32,000 nucleotides of DNA, from positions 1,625,991-1,657,990 of the forward strand of contig NC_005072.1 in assembly GCF_000011465.1 (NCBI RefSeq). The letters run 5' to 3'. The translations under genes were made by a program, and so were the position numbers. The stretch is from Prochlorococcus marinus subsp. pastoris str. CCMP1986. Its GTDB lineage: Bacteria; Cyanobacteriota; Cyanobacteriia; PCC-6307; Cyanobiaceae. The notes below the pieces were generated by a model. It had not been told where the DNA came from and made no database searches. It saw only the letters and a list, made by a program, of their open reading frames with translations. Shown here one piece after another: positions 31,907 through 32,000 of the stretch (positions are counted from its first letter, which is position 1; each line of letters opens with the position of its first letter).

Positions 31907-31936
31907 AAAAATGTTGATGATTTTAAAAACATTTTT
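31907..31936. terminator. weak A/T-rich hairpin, possibly a bidirectional terminator downstream of thrC
   Basis: AAAAATGTT (31907-15) pairs with AACATTTTT (31928-36) across a 12-nt loop. It is followed by a T run on the + strand, and by GGTTTTTTTT on the minus strand (complement of 31897-31906). The stem has only one G:C pair, so stability is low. Confidence 0.3.
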
Positions 31937-31969
31937 TATTAGTTCACATCTATCAACATTTATGCTTTT

Positions 31970-31978
31970 TTTTCCACC
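31970..31978 (+). promoter_or_regulatory. DnaA-box-like 9-mer (TTTTCCACC)
   Basis: 8/9 match to TTWTNCACA / TTTTCCACA, with the mismatch at the last base. It lies in the non-coding tail of the window. Confidence 0.3.
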
Positions 31979-32000
31979 TTCTTATTTCTGTTAACCATCA

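Noticed and set aside
31960-31998. Minus-strand open frame at the window edge (MVNRNKKVEKKA-stop), a possible 3' end of a gene continuing beyond the window
   Set aside because: Only 12 sense codons are visible, all of AT-rich Lys/Asn type. This cannot be distinguished from chance, and it conflicts with the origin-region interpretation. It needs downstream sequence.

Overview
This window is a very AT-rich (about 30% G+C by eye), tightly packed stretch of bacterial chromosome. It carries 27 protein-coding genes on both strands and almost no non-coding DNA; the largest gaps are 201, 194 and 173 nt. Every large ORF translates to a recognisable housekeeping protein. In order: QueC (3' fragment), PabB, PabC, CobA/SUMT, an MFS transporter, polyphosphate kinase, a sigma-70 factor, a phytol/dolichol-kinase-like protein, DAHP synthase, aconitase B, a ClC channel, PurU, a ThiO-like FAD oxidoreductase, DnaK, AroE, ribosomal protein S6, ArgG, MraY, sucrose-phosphate synthase, UvrA, RecN, an ABC1/UbiB kinase, a DUF1400-like protein and ThrC. 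Four small uncharacterised or family-only ORFs sit between them. The gene set, gene order, base composition and compaction fit the core genome of a high-light-adapted Prochlorococcus; that assignment is inference, with no search run. I found no tRNA or rRNA genes, no CRISPR array, no transposase, integrase or phage genes, no long repeats and no defence-type genes. I see no evidence for a novel multi-gene system, and this looks like an ordinary core region. Five modest items deserve a second look: (1) DnaA-box-like 9-mers in the non-coding tail after thrC, which may be the edge of oriC; (2) an 85-nt convergent overlap between the sps 3' tail and an 87-codon ORF; (3) a perfect 12-bp stem-loop spanning the stop codon of a small ORF just upstream of the argG Shine-Dalgarno; (4) a nested helix immediately before the rpsF start codon; (5) several tail-to-tail gene junctions with 0-9 nt between stops and no room for terminators. 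Start coordinates that rest on TTG/GTG codons (MFS, phytol-kinase-like, purU, sps, the 61-codon ORF) are less certain than the stops.
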